This document shows, piece after piece, positions 10,811 through 21,933 of a stretch of DNA of 64,000 nucleotides. The translations under genes were made by a program, and so were the position numbers. The notes under the pieces are model-generated. The model was not told the origin of the DNA. It ran no database searches and was given only the letters and a program-made list of their open reading frames with translations. Every line of letters starts with the position of its first letter. Position 1 is the stretch's first letter. The stretch is from the NCBI GenBank assembly GCA_003707115.1, contig PPNB01000012.1, positions 62,001 to 126,000 of the forward strand. Direction: 5' to 3'. This DNA is from Tortispora ganteri. Its lineage: Eukaryota.

Positions 10811-10977
10811 AGATAAAGTTTATAAGCCGTAGTTCCGTTTCAGATGGGAAGTAAACAAATAAGAGATAAATTTTGCTATTTTCCCCACCCAAGGTCGCAA
10901 CTTAGCTTCTTTCAATACCGAGATCGCTGACCGGTTTTGTTCATCCTTGCCACATTTTATTAGTCTCCGTTAAGCCG

Positions 10978-11526
10978 ATGCTGTGGCGTTGGTGGAGACG
11001 TGATAAACATGGGCCGAGAGCACCGGACGAGATGAAAGTTGACATCGGCAGGGGTATTGTGCCGGTTGTTCAATCGGACAAGATTGTATGGCCTATGTCG
11101 GCTCGATTCTCGGACCTGGAGTCCATGTCAAGCGTAAGCACATGCAGTACATTTTCTGAACCTGAAGTATCGTACGTCCATGCGTATGCTGAAGGCCATA
11201 ATATTAAAACGAAAGAGATTTTGCCTGAGCGTATTAAGCAGCCAAACACTTCTGACGGGCTCGATGACTGGGGCTTACCGTTAGGTATATCGCAGTGCAA
11301 TGAAGACAATCATAGTCATCAGTTTGTGAGCGAAGACGTCCATAAACTATTGGCCTTGCTGTATTGCATTTCAATTATCAGGCCGAAAGTGTCATATGAG
11401 AGCCAAAGCCTTGTTTTGTTCTTATTAAAATGCTACCATGAAGTATCGAAACAACAGCTGAATAATAATACTGCTGTGGAGCAGAGTAGTGAACCTATTC
11501 TCAATTTTCAGTTATGGGCCTTTTAG
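10978..11526 (+). CDS. Hypothetical protein, 182 aa
   Basis: ATG-initiated ORF filling an otherwise empty gap; no recognisable motif. Confidence 0.45.
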   Translation: MLWRWWRRDKHGPRAPDEMKVDIGRGIVPVVQSDKIVWPMSARFSDLESMSSVSTCSTFSEPEVSYVHAYAEGHNIKTKEILPERIKQPNTSDGLDDWGLPLGISQCNEDNHSHQFVSEDVHKLLALLYCISIIRPKVSYESQSLVLFLLKCYHEVSKQQLNNNTAVEQSSEPILNFQLWAF

Positions 11527-12004
11527 CAATATCAAATAGTTACGGTGTGTATTCCTATTACAATCTATTCTAAATACAATGCATTATAAATTATCTAAAG
11601 AGTAAAGCTTCAGTAATGAGAGCCATACAATGATTCACAATTAATTGTAATTTTTATACTCAATTCTAGTAATTTCTACTTCTTTACAATTGCAATAAAT
11701 ACAAATTCCTATATGTTTAGTGATGATAGAAATATATCAGAGCTGTTTTTTCTTCTGTTAATCTTTATGCTTCAATTTTGTCAAATGCAATTCCTTTCCA
11801 GGTGCGTTTCATTGCGTCTATCCATTTATAGACGCAAAAGTCTTTTAATTATAATGCAGAAAAAAAGGAAAGCACAAAATAATTGCGCCAGTAACTATTA
11901 ATTCATGCAAGAATGCGTATGTTCGTATGTTAATATGTATGTGTGTATGCAACAGGAGACACAGACGATATTCATCTATATTTTATTTTCTTTCTTCAGA
12001 TCAC

Positions 12005-14629
12005 TTAGAAAAGCTGCTCTTCGTCGTCTTCTGTCCAGTCACCGAACTTAAAGCTGCCCATGTGCTTCTGTTTAGCCATATTCTCGGCCGCAATGTAAGG
12101 CTGCAATGTCTCGTCGGTAAATCCTTGAGATTTATTCGCAGCTGCCCATCCCTCGGCAATAGTGAACAGATTCAGCGAGTCTTCTGAGCTGGACGCTGTT
12201 TCCGGATCGTACAATACAATGTAGTCTTTACCAGGTCTTTTAAGTAGACCGGCAGCCAGAGGCTTAGATTTCCCTTTCTCGTAATCAATTAGCTGCTTAA
12301 AGAACGCCAGTCCTGGTTCTAAAAATCCTGTGCTTTTAGGCGGAAACTTCACAAATGCAATAGTCGCTTCTTTAGCAGCCGGTGGAATCTGTTGTACAGA
12401 TAGTGTAGGGGGTAGAGGCAGAAGCTTAGTTAACTGAGTGTTTATCAACGCTCCAGTATCGACGTTCCGCACCGTAATATACTCTTTTGTCACCGAAACA
12501 ACCTGGACGCGCAACCCACCTGTAGCAGTATTCAAAATGGCATATTCTCCTTTTTTGACAGAGTCCAAGTTCGAGACAGTAGACCCAATTGACAAAGCAG
12601 ACATAGCTTTTGTCACATCCCCAACATCATGCAGCTGTGAGTAATACAATGTTCCGTCTTGTCCAACACTCCGTACCATAATGTCAATATATTCATCAAC
12701 CTTGTTAGAATATTTTTCTTGTGATCCGTTGGTCTCTCCCGTCGATTGTACAGGTTCACTGTAGTTCTTCCAAATGTTGATACTTGCAGTCTTCGCAGCC
12801 TCTTGTGTGTCCACGAGCTCCTGATATATGGGCGACTTGTCAGCAGACACTTCGTGTACCGTTGCGAGTCCTTCACGCACTAAAGTCACATTGAACGCTT
12901 CCTTAGATCCCAGTGTGTACAACAGTCCAATGAAGGCGCCAGTTCTATCGACATTAAGGACTTCAACTTCCACATCCCGCTGCATGAGTCTGTCTGAGCT
13001 GTAGTCAAATGACTCCTGGCCAAACGGTTCGCCCTTATCTTCTGGGTTACGAGCAAATCGCGGTGCGCGAACACCTGCTAAAATAAAGCTTATACGAACA
13101 TTCTCACGTGGTATAAGAATGCGAAAACGTGAGCCAGAATTAACAAAATCAACGATAGCAGGTACACGGCCTCTGCGCACGAGCGAGTTCAGGAAACTTT
13201 TCGCTTTTGTTGCCGTTTCGGATGCGTTGACTGTCCTATCTGGAGGTGGAAGTTCGGCAGCGAACATACCTTTCTTTTCTTTGGCAGCGATGCTGGAAAC
13301 CTCGAGTAGCTGGTCCCATAGCGGTGAGCGGTCAGTGTCGCCCTTACGATGGTGAACTATCGAAACCATTCCAGCCTCACTGAGCTTCAACGATACGTCT
13401 TCGCCCTGTACACACACGGTTGCGATAACGCGCTCGTCAAAACCTTCTGACGCCGGGCGTTTGCCAAGCTGAGTAACGGTGACGCGTTTACCGATTAGCA
13501 GACGACGAACAAACTCCTTGGCAATTGCGGTAAACGGTGCCTGTGCAGGGTCAGACTGTCTTGGTCCGCGGACCGAGGCAAGACTGATAGTGGTTTCTTT
13601 GCGGGCAGCGTTACGGACAACAATGGTGTCGGCAGAAATGACGCGAGAGACAGTGTAATCGTCAGACCTGACAGGCGCAGCCGCAGAAAGAGGCTGGGCC
13701 TTGCCCTTCCAGATACCGATACCAGCAGCTCGCGCAGCCGCTTCAGCACTTCTCAAGCTCTGCATAATTTCAAACCCGACGTAAGGGCTCTGCCAGTCGG
13801 AGACGGTAGCACAACCGGCTTCGAGTATCTTTTGCGCGACGTTGACGGAGTCTCCGACTGTGACCAGCGCGACCGGAAGGCCCTGCTGCGTAGAAGTGAC
13901 GAGCGAGACATAAACATTGCGTTGCAAGAGATGCGATTCCACAAACCTTAGGGACTCATCGCCGAAAAACTCTACACCGGGCCCATCCTCTGAGGGACGG
14001 TGCGAGGAGCGAGGTGCATGGATGCCGGCAATAGAGAGCCAGGTAGATATGTGGTGAGACGGGGTAAGAAATATGCGAGCATGCAGACGATCACCATTAG
14101 CCACACGTTCGATAACGGCAGGAAGGGGTTTATTGACAATTTCCTTGAAGAGGTCGTTGGATATATGTAAGTCAAGGTTGATAATGTTAGGCTCTGCAGT
14201 CCATATTCCCTTTTCTTCGAGCTTAGCGGAAGCCTCGGATGTCTGTAAAAGTTCGAGGTAATTTGGATCAATTTCCTCGCGCCTAAAGGTTTCATCGCGA
14301 AGCTTTGCGAGGCCTTCGCGTAGCAGGATTTGAATGATATCGCGATCGCCGAGATATATATTTCCGAACTCGCGAGGTTGTTGGGAACCAAGTGAGTAGA
14401 AAATCTTAAAGGTGACGTCCTTTCCGACAAGTCGGGTACGGAGATATTCGCGGACGAAAAAATTGAAGTAATCCTCGCACCCGGGGCCCAATTCGTCCCT
14501 TCTATGTTGGTATGAGGTGATGTAGGCAAGACATAGTGTTCGTTCTGCAGGAAGCTTCCCGGGTACTTCTTTCGTCAAAATAATTGTGTCGGAAGATAGA
14601 ACTTGTTTGACCTTACCGGTATAGAGCAT
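12005..14629 (-). CDS. SND1: Tudor staphylococcal nuclease (Tudor-SN/SND1/p100)
   Basis: Four tandem SN domains (GKVKQVLSSDT, IERVANGD, VSRVISADT, VDFVNSGSRF..MQRDVEV), then a Tudor insertion in the fifth SN domain ending FKFGD. Confidence 0.93.
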   Translation of the reverse strand: MLYTGKVKQVLSSDTIILTKEVPGKLPAERTLCLAYITSYQHRRDELGPGCEDYFNFFVREYLRTRLVGKDVTFKIFYSLGSQQPREFGNIYLGDRDIIQILLREGLAKLRDETFRREEIDPNYLELLQTSEASAKLEEKGIWTAEPNIINLDLHISNDLFKEIVNKPLPAVIERVANGDRLHARIFLTPSHHISTWLSIAGIHAPRSSHRPSEDGPGVEFFGDESLRFVESHLLQRNVYVSLVTSTQQGLPVALVTVGDSVNVAQKILEAGCATVSDWQSPYVGFEIMQSLRSAEAAARAAGIGIWKGKAQPLSAAAPVRSDDYTVSRVISADTIVVRNAARKETTISLASVRGPRQSDPAQAPFTAIAKEFVRRLLIGKRVTVTQLGKRPASEGFDERVIATVCVQGEDVSLKLSEAGMVSIVHHRKGDTDRSPLWDQLLEVSSIAAKEKKGMFAAELPPPDRTVNASETATKAKSFLNSLVRRGRVPAIVDFVNSGSRFRILIPRENVRISFILAGVRAPRFARNPEDKGEPFGQESFDYSSDRLMQRDVEVEVLNVDRTGAFIGLLYTLGSKEAFNVTLVREGLATVHEVSADKSPIYQELVDTQEAAKTASINIWKNYSEPVQSTGETNGSQEKYSNKVDEYIDIMVRSVGQDGTLYYSQLHDVGDVTKAMSALSIGSTVSNLDSVKKGEYAILNTATGGLRVQVVSVTKEYITVRNVDTGALINTQLTKLLPLPPTLSVQQIPPAAKEATIAFVKFPPKSTGFLEPGLAFFKQLIDYEKGKSKPLAAGLLKRPGKDYIVLYDPETASSSEDSLNLFTIAEGWAAANKSQGFTDETLQPYIAAENMAKQKHMGSFKFGDWTEDDEEQLF

Positions 14630-16480
14630 AGATAGATATGACTAGCGTGAAGAATGGTAGAGAAGGTGAAGGGGGGAGAAGAGAGTGAGGAGGTGGTAGA
14701 AGTAAAAGCAGATTTCGAAAGAAGTAGTTCGATTGAAAATCACTGATTACAACTAAATTCGAAACGCGCAGCAAAGTGCAATAATGTCTAATACTTATTT
14801 GAGTGTATTTGAACAATAAAAAAGAGCTTGTAATACCAATATGATTGGAGATTGCTATGGATTTGTTCCGTTTGTGTAGATTTTTTTTGGCTTTTCTTGT
14901 GTTTTTTATATAAGTTTTTTCTAGTCCTCGAGATTTTAACCTTCACGCAATTAAACTTTTATCCGGAGTCCCAAGACTCACGGCAGACCGTGGTTAGGTT
15001 TTATTTGACTTTATAGGAGGTTATAGGTCCCGTTTTATGGCCTAGGATCTCTTAGCATAGCCTGAATAAAGCATAGCCACTGCTGGCCCTCCACCTTACT
15101 ATATTCTATCTGCATCATACACAAACAAATGTTGTGATTCTAGAATATTCTTTAAAGAGTTTATTTCTTGCGATTACTTATCGGTGGGCATCTAAAATCA
15201 TGTGAATGTCGTCTATATTATCACCAAACGTTTGCGTACCTAGCGTCTGATTTCTCTTATGTGCCTATTCTTCTTTTTGCCTATCTTTGCTAAACCCTTG
15301 CCACTTAAATCGGAACTTTCTTCTGGTCAATCGTTTCCATCGTTCAATAACTACTACTGGCTTAAAAAAATAGTCTAGAGAATCGTTCTCATTGATGGAT
15401 ATTGTTTACTATAATCTGGACGCCACTCTTATGTCAGGTTGTGCTATCGTACGATAGCTGAATCGCTCGATCGCGTATACAGTTCTAGGCCTGAACCTCA
15501 TTCCGCAAAACGTTATTGAACCTTTCAGTTTAACACTTTATTAACTACACTAGGCGAACTGCTTTCGAATCTGAAATAGAACGTTTACGCAAGTTCGATC
15601 GCGTTTCGCATTTTATCGCAAAACCTGATCTTTTAATTAAACTGTCTCTGTTTTCTTCTTTGTGGTTTCTCATTCGTGTTTTTGCTTTATCTCTCCATTA
15701 AGCTCGCGTGTCGTCTGCCAATAAACTTCCCGTGTCTAGATCTATTCATAGACATCGCCATTGGTCCCCGTCTTGGCACATCACGCATAATACACAGGCG
15801 ATCTATCTCAATACATTCACATGTATGTATGTACAAGTGTTTTTCGATTTTCATATATCTACCTCTTCACTTCCTATTTCTGCTTCTTTAACACTACAAA
15901 CCTCCTTCCCACTGGCTTGGCACTTTGTCTACCCATAGACAATTTAGCCCTTCTCTAGTTTCGTCTAGTTTGTTCTTTCAGGCCGAACTTTAAACTTATT
16001 ATACTCCGCAACAGCTGATTTCAGATTATACTCCTTCCTTCCGTTAGGAACGTTCTCGGCTAATCTGGGAAATGAAAAGAACTTTTCAGCGCTAAACGAG
16101 TTTCGAAAAATGCAGAAATAAGCTTTTAACTTTCATACCCTTATAACCCTGACCCTTGATATTGGTTTACGTTATACGTCGTATTTCGTTACTCCCAAAA
16201 TGCCTTCTTCTGTTCATTCGAGCTTTGTTGTCTCGCCCTAGTCGTATTTCCAGCCCTATAATGATGTCTACGCCTTATATTCTACTCGTGCCTTAAAAGA
16301 TGGCTTGCTGAAGCCCTATGCGTCCAACCGCTGTGGCCTCTGCGCTCTCCAGCGCTACTCTGATCGATACATAATTGGGAGTTGCCGTTTACGGATCATT
16401 ATTGCCAGCCATTCACTTTTCAGTTGATGCAAGTATATATGTGCTTCTCTGCTCGGAGTTTCTTCGACACTTCATCGACA

Positions 16481-17689
16481 ATGTCCCGATACAACGATAT
16501 ATGCGATGTCGAAACGCTTAATTCCGAAGTGATCATTTCGAAGGTGTTCCAGACACCACAGTCGTCCGCTGAAAAGCTCAAAAAACACTTCCGCAAAAAG
16601 ATCATGCGGACTAAACAGTGCGATTCGCCGATCCCTACACAACTCAATACCTGCACAGATATAGATCAATTATTTGACTCTTTGCCAGCTCAAGACACAG
16701 TTTATGAGGGCCAGGCGTTTCCGAAGGCGACAAAAGAACAGCTACGGGAACGCCGTAAGCTTCTGTTCGTCAATAGGGCACCCGTAGCATCGCACTATAG
16801 TATAGACAATCTCGCGACTAACGATCCCGATTTTATGCCGCCAACAAAACTACCCAGCATGCTGAAACTTCGTGTGCCGGTATCGCCACCACACCCGCGA
16901 AGGATTGTCAGCGATTCAGCTGCTCGCAAACCGCGCCCTACTGAAGCATCTACCGCAAGAAAACTCTCCATCTCGAACATTCCCGATACCACATCATTTT
17001 CGGAGTTCATAGACGATTTCATGGCTTCGCAGAGGTTTCTCGATACCACCAAACATATCCAGCACTTACCACCGAAACGTCGTCACGTATCGTTGCCGCA
17101 GACAACTAAAAATTCCGCTGACGACGACATTCCCCCGACAAATGCAGCTAACAAGCATAATTCTTTAAGCGTGCCTAAAACACGCAAGGTCTCTATCCCC
17201 GCACAGCCTAATTGCATTAGTCATCCGACACCTAGAGTAACCAAAATTGTATACAATTCACCGCCTGAACAATCTACGCCCGCGTCTGCGCCCGCTTCAC
17301 GCCAGATGTCCGCACCAATCTATACGCCGACTCTATCGCCAACAGGGCAGTCTAAGGCTCTAGTAAGTCTGTCTAAAGCCTTTTCTTGGATGACGAAACC
17401 GAAAGCGAAACTAAAAACTGCGGAAGACAAGTCACTCCTTGCAGTATTAGTGAACATCTACACGACTGTGATCTCAGAATACTGTCCACCATTACACGCG
17501 CCATTTGAAATTATTGATAGAAATGAGACCTATCTTAGAGCGACTATTGTTGGTATTGAACTGTCTGCCGTTATTTATGGGCTCTACGAGGTTGCAGGAA
17601 TAATACAATACATCTGTTGGCTGGTCCGCACCGTATGTATTCCTATAGTTCTTCTGTTCCGGCTATTTTTTGCACTCATAGGCATTTAG
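16481..17689 (+). CDS. Hypothetical protein; Ser/Pro/Thr-rich, with a hydrophobic C-terminal segment (possible membrane anchor)
   Basis: About 400-codon ORF; probable ATG at 16481; C-terminus IIQYICWLVRTVCIPIVLLFRLFFALIGI. Confidence 0.65.
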   Translation: MSRYNDICDVETLNSEVIISKVFQTPQSSAEKLKKHFRKKIMRTKQCDSPIPTQLNTCTDIDQLFDSLPAQDTVYEGQAFPKATKEQLRERRKLLFVNRAPVASHYSIDNLATNDPDFMPPTKLPSMLKLRVPVSPPHPRRIVSDSAARKPRPTEASTARKLSISNIPDTTSFSEFIDDFMASQRFLDTTKHIQHLPPKRRHVSLPQTTKNSADDDIPPTNAANKHNSLSVPKTRKVSIPAQPNCISHPTPRVTKIVYNSPPEQSTPASAPASRQMSAPIYTPTLSPTGQSKALVSLSKAFSWMTKPKAKLKTAEDKSLLAVLVNIYTTVISEYCPPLHAPFEIIDRNETYLRATIVGIELSAVIYGLYEVAGIIQYICWLVRTVCIPIVLLFRLFFALIGI

Positions 17690-17779
17690 ACGCGGTTTTC
17701 AGTCTCATAGAAGATACACTGATGAGTTATTAGTTTATTGTTATTTATTGTAATATCAATTAGCCCCAGTCGTTCGTCA

Positions 17780-18820
17780 TCAATCAGTAGCTTCGCTGCC
17801 TTTGTTTTCGGCCGATATCACAGACATGCACTGAAATGGTCCTGAGTACGCCGATTTCCATAGCCGAATGCGTCCATCATCGCCTGCAGACGCCAAAACA
17901 GTTCCTGTAACGTTCCATGATACCCGCCACACCTGTGCCTTGTGGTCATCGAATTCACCAATAAGCTCAATGTCGTAGTGGTGGTGGTTTGCCGGTACAG
18001 TGTCGGCGCTTTGCGGTAGACGGTCTGGAGTCGAGGAAACAAGGGCTTGACTACTTTCAGCCTCTGGTTTCGGCGAGAGCTTGAATATGCGCACCTTCCC
18101 GTCCTGGCATGCGGTCGCGACCAGCTCAAACGAACGGCCCATAGAGGGGGCCCAAGTGACTTCACGCACTGATCCTGAGTGACCGGCCAGCTCCTCGCAC
18201 TGGGCATACTTGTCGTCAGATGATTTACGAAATATATAGCAGCGCGACAAAAAGCCCACAATCAGTTGTTCGGGCGCATATTTCGAACCGCACCAGCTCA
18301 AGCAGTAGGAAGCGTCTGCTTCACGGGCAATTTCAGGCTCGGGGACGACAACTTTCTCGAACACCAACGACCAGTAGTACAAATTGTGCGGCTCTATAGC
18401 TTCATAGACACGTACAGTACCGTCTGCACCCGTTGAGGCTAGTTTCAACCCTAAATGTACTGGTGCGAATGAGATATCGTACACGGGCCCACGAGAATCA
18501 GGCAACACGGCAACTCGTTTCCATCGCCGTCCAGATGTACGCGGCTCATGGTCTACTTCTTGGAATATCTTGATTGTTCTGTCGAACGAGCAGGTGGCAA
18601 TCACCTGACCAAATTCCGGATGAGCCCATACGACTCTAGTAACAGAAGCTTCATGCGCTTTGAACGAATCGTTCAATATCCAACTTGTGCTGTCCGCTGA
18701 TTCGTCTAAGTCAAACACTTTAACTGTTTGATCAGATGAGCAAGTTGCAAGTCGTGTACCGTAAAAATTATACGATACGTCGTGAATTAAATCCTCATGA
18801 TTGGTGTTGAAATTGTGCAT
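17780..18820 (-). CDS. SEH1: Nucleoporin / SEA complex WD40 protein Seh1
   Basis: HEDLIHDVSYNFYGTRLATCSSDQ, WAHPEFGQVIATCSFDR, WAPSMGRSF, VSWNVTGTVLASAGDDG. Confidence 0.95.
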   Translation of the reverse strand: MHNFNTNHEDLIHDVSYNFYGTRLATCSSDQTVKVFDLDESADSTSWILNDSFKAHEASVTRVVWAHPEFGQVIATCSFDRTIKIFQEVDHEPRTSGRRWKRVAVLPDSRGPVYDISFAPVHLGLKLASTGADGTVRVYEAIEPHNLYYWSLVFEKVVVPEPEIAREADASYCLSWCGSKYAPEQLIVGFLSRCYIFRKSSDDKYAQCEELAGHSGSVREVTWAPSMGRSFELVATACQDGKVRIFKLSPKPEAESSQALVSSTPDRLPQSADTVPANHHHYDIELIGEFDDHKAQVWRVSWNVTGTVLASAGDDGRIRLWKSAYSGPFQCMSVISAENKGSEATD

Positions 18821-18928
18821 CTCGATGGCTAAGTTTTGGTACTTCAAGTTTCGCCGTTGCTATGCAAACTACCGCTAATCATCACATAAAACACGTAGGA
18901 TGACCTGTTCTCTTACTTTGCGTTCTTG

Positions 18929-20248
18929 ATGATTTTCGTGATCGCGTCACTGTCGCTTTGCACGCTCGCTGTGTATCATGGAAATGCGATTTTAACGTGC
19001 ATAGCGTATTCAATTGCTGCCTATTTTGTCACATTGGTACTGATCCCCTATTGGGCCCCAAATTTCGTAGCAATAGGCCTCAGCGGTACCGATCTCAATA
19101 AGGCCGATCGTCCTGTTATCCCTGAGACAATGGGTGCTGTATGTGGTATAGTGTACCTTTTTGTGCTCTACTTATTTACACCGTCAATGTTTTATCAATA
19201 TATTGTTACCGAGACTTCAGGCGGTGGAAACCGCGACGCTGGGATAGAGCTCATTGGACAATCAATGTCATCATTCCCTCATTCCAAACTCGCAGGCTAC
19301 CTATCCGGCATTCTGAGCCTCCAAAGCATGCTTATCTTAGGCGTTGCTGATGACCTGTTTGATATCAGATGGAGGCACAAGATTCTTTTGCCGGCAGTCG
19401 CCGCTGTGCCTTTACTGATTGTCTATTACGTAGACTTTGGAGTTACCTTCGTGATGATCCCTCCGAAACTGCAGTCATTGGTAGGTGTGCCACTAATAGA
19501 TCTCGGTATTTTCTACTATATTTATATGGCAAGCGTCACAATATTCTGTCCTAATGCGATTAATATATTTGCAGGCGTCAATGGTCTTGAAGTAGGCCAG
19601 TCGGTGATTATCGGTATATGTACCATAATAAACGACTTGTCGTACATATCAAGACCAGATCATCCGGCACAGTTCTCGCATTTGATGTCATTTTACCTTG
19701 TACTTCCGTTCCTTGGAGTCTCTTTGGCTTTGTTGAAACTCAATTGGTTCCCGGCAAAGGTATTCGTTGGAGACACGTACTGCTATATGGCGGGCATGGT
19801 GTTTGCAGTTGCAGGTATACTAGGTCATTTCAGCAAAACAATGCTGCTATTCTTTGGGCCACAAGTGTTCAATTTTATTTATTCGGCGCCGCAGCTGTTT
19901 GCATTAATACACTGTCCTCGGCATAGGCTGCCAAAACTAAACGAAAAAACAGGCCGACTTGAGCCTTCACGTGCCAACTTAAAGGAAAACCCCCCAGGAA
20001 CGCTAGGAAAGTTCATACTTTGCTTATTTGAAAAGCTGCATTTAGTTAAACTGTGGCGTGACGATAAAGGCAACCTAGTTGAAACTTCAAACCTCACATT
20101 CATGACGCTTGTTCTCGTTTGGTTTGGGCCCTTACGTGAGGACATTCTCTGCACAGTGCTTATGGTGATACAAGGAGTATTCGGACTTACTGCGCTCGGT
20201 ATGAGACACTATATTGCGGCCATTGCATTTGGTTCAGATAACTTATAG
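18929..20248 (+). CDS. ALG7: UDP-GlcNAc:dolichyl-phosphate GlcNAc-1-phosphotransferase
   Basis: G.DLNK, LGVADD, RWRHK, NAINIFAGVNGLE, VFVGDTYCY, HFSKT, CPRHRLP; multi-TM. Confidence 0.96.
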   Translation: MIFVIASLSLCTLAVYHGNAILTCIAYSIAAYFVTLVLIPYWAPNFVAIGLSGTDLNKADRPVIPETMGAVCGIVYLFVLYLFTPSMFYQYIVTETSGGGNRDAGIELIGQSMSSFPHSKLAGYLSGILSLQSMLILGVADDLFDIRWRHKILLPAVAAVPLLIVYYVDFGVTFVMIPPKLQSLVGVPLIDLGIFYYIYMASVTIFCPNAINIFAGVNGLEVGQSVIIGICTIINDLSYISRPDHPAQFSHLMSFYLVLPFLGVSLALLKLNWFPAKVFVGDTYCYMAGMVFAVAGILGHFSKTMLLFFGPQVFNFIYSAPQLFALIHCPRHRLPKLNEKTGRLEPSRANLKENPPGTLGKFILCLFEKLHLVKLWRDDKGNLVETSNLTFMTLVLVWFGPLREDILCTVLMVIQGVFGLTALGMRHYIAAIAFGSDNL

Positions 20249-20253
20249 CGGTA

Positions 20254-20847
20254 TTATTGCTTTTGTTGGTGCTTTAAAACATTCCGTTCTTTGATCACTA
20301 GATCTGCCCATTCTTTCACCTTGGGATGCGAGATTGCAGGAAGCACCGACAGGAAGTCCGACAAGTCAAGCGAACCATTCGATTGTCGTTCATATTCTAC
20401 CATTTGCAATAGGAGCTCAAATTTGTCGACACTTTTGACGAATAATGCTTCAGGTGTAGTGCCCTGTTCATACTCGTGCCAAAGTTCTTTCATATGAAGA
20501 TCGCCTGTCCCGGCTAGTTTGGTGAGTAGGTCCATAGTCACTGACTCTCTACGGTGTTTCTCCTCAGAGGAGATGTTGTCGCGGGGAGTAAAATCGCCAA
20601 CTAGTGATTCAGCCATATCATGGACGATAGACATTTTTATACAGCGGTCGCGATCTAATTCTTTAGGCGCTAAGAAGCTGATTATGCCCATCCTATACAT
20701 GTGATCTGAGATTGATTCAGGGTTAGGCACGCCGAACTGCAGCCAGCCGGTACGTTTTGTCGTTTTAAGGTTCTCCAGGATATGGAAGAAGCCAATAGGC
20801 GATTTTTGTAATGCCGACTCTGATAGCTGGTCGTCTGGGGACCACAT
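20254..20847 (-). CDS. HD-domain 5'-deoxynucleotidase (HDDC2 / Ygk1-like)
   Basis: LKTTKRTGW, ESISDHMYRM, VHDMAESLVGDFTP, EKHRRE, DKFELLLQ. Confidence 0.92.
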   Translation of the reverse strand: MWSPDDQLSESALQKSPIGFFHILENLKTTKRTGWLQFGVPNPESISDHMYRMGIISFLAPKELDRDRCIKMSIVHDMAESLVGDFTPRDNISSEEKHRRESVTMDLLTKLAGTGDLHMKELWHEYEQGTTPEALFVKSVDKFELLLQMVEYERQSNGSLDLSDFLSVLPAISHPKVKEWADLVIKERNVLKHQQKQ

Positions 20848-21933
20848 AGTAGAAGTGGCAGGAGATTGTGGAAAGGTGAGAAAAATGTACATTTTTTGAG
20901 TTTTTGTGAACTCTTACAAAATAGCCGCACACAACATCTAAACTCAACCCCCTTTTTTTTTTTTTTTGGCGGGATCACAAAATGTTAGAAGTGTTCACAG
21001 TTTAATTTTATTCATGAAACACCTAAAAGCGCGCGTCAATACGTTAAAACAATTTAACGAAATAATATTGCGTATCAATAGAGTTACGCCGGCTGATTAG
21101 AAAGTAGTCTAATTTTAAGGCGAATGCGGGGTCGTTTCGATCAGATCAAAATAGCCAAGAGGGGTGAATCAAACCTTCTTCTAACAGTAGTTGCTGTTAG
21201 CTATATTGATGCTTATTGGCTTGAACTAAAAAAGTTTAGCTTTTTGCACGCAAGTTATTTGTAGAGTTGTACATTTTTCGTTTCGGGAAATTCGGCTGTG
21301 AGGGCAATTTTAATGGAGATCATAATTGAATAAGTGCTCGTTTAGTTTATTAGTTAAGTTTGCGATCATCTTAAACTTGTGTTTTTACAACAGTTTCGCT
21401 GGTTATTTAGCTAGCATCACATCTGACTTAGAAATAACTAAGATTATTCATGCATTAGCATTGTTGGGGGGGAAGAATGGGCTCTAGGGTTCTTAGCATG
21501 CGGGGATGGGGCAAAATACTAGCAACTCCAGAATTCGTAGGACCACATATACGTAAAATATCAAAGATTATAATACTAAAAATTTAATAAATCAATTCAG
21601 TTCTTGTAATTGAACCAATTATAATGTTTGTTTTGTCTACATTAGTTGTATAACAACACAAAATGGAAGATCCATCCACTGTCCGGTATCATAATAAGGT
21701 TTCATTCTAATTCAAAAAGCTTATGTCCAATGAAACCCAAACTCACTGTCCGTTCCCCTCGTTAATAAATAGGCGCCAAAGCTGCAAAGAATTACAAAGC
21801 TCACGACAACTAGTCTTTTTCTTCGTCACTTTACCTAATCAGTTATCGTAAAGTTTTTCATCTTTTTTGAAACATTATCATTAGATCATTCTATAAGCGC
21901 TAATTGTACTTATTGCAATCCGTGTTCGTGAAA

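Noticed and set aside
11527..12004. Very AT-rich gap with short ORFs (possible centromere or origin)
   Set aside because: Consistent with a convergent terminator region; no diagnostic elements.
13972..14529. 185-aa same-strand alternative-frame ORF inside SND1
   Set aside because: No recognisable features; the SND1 frame is intact, so no frameshift is needed.
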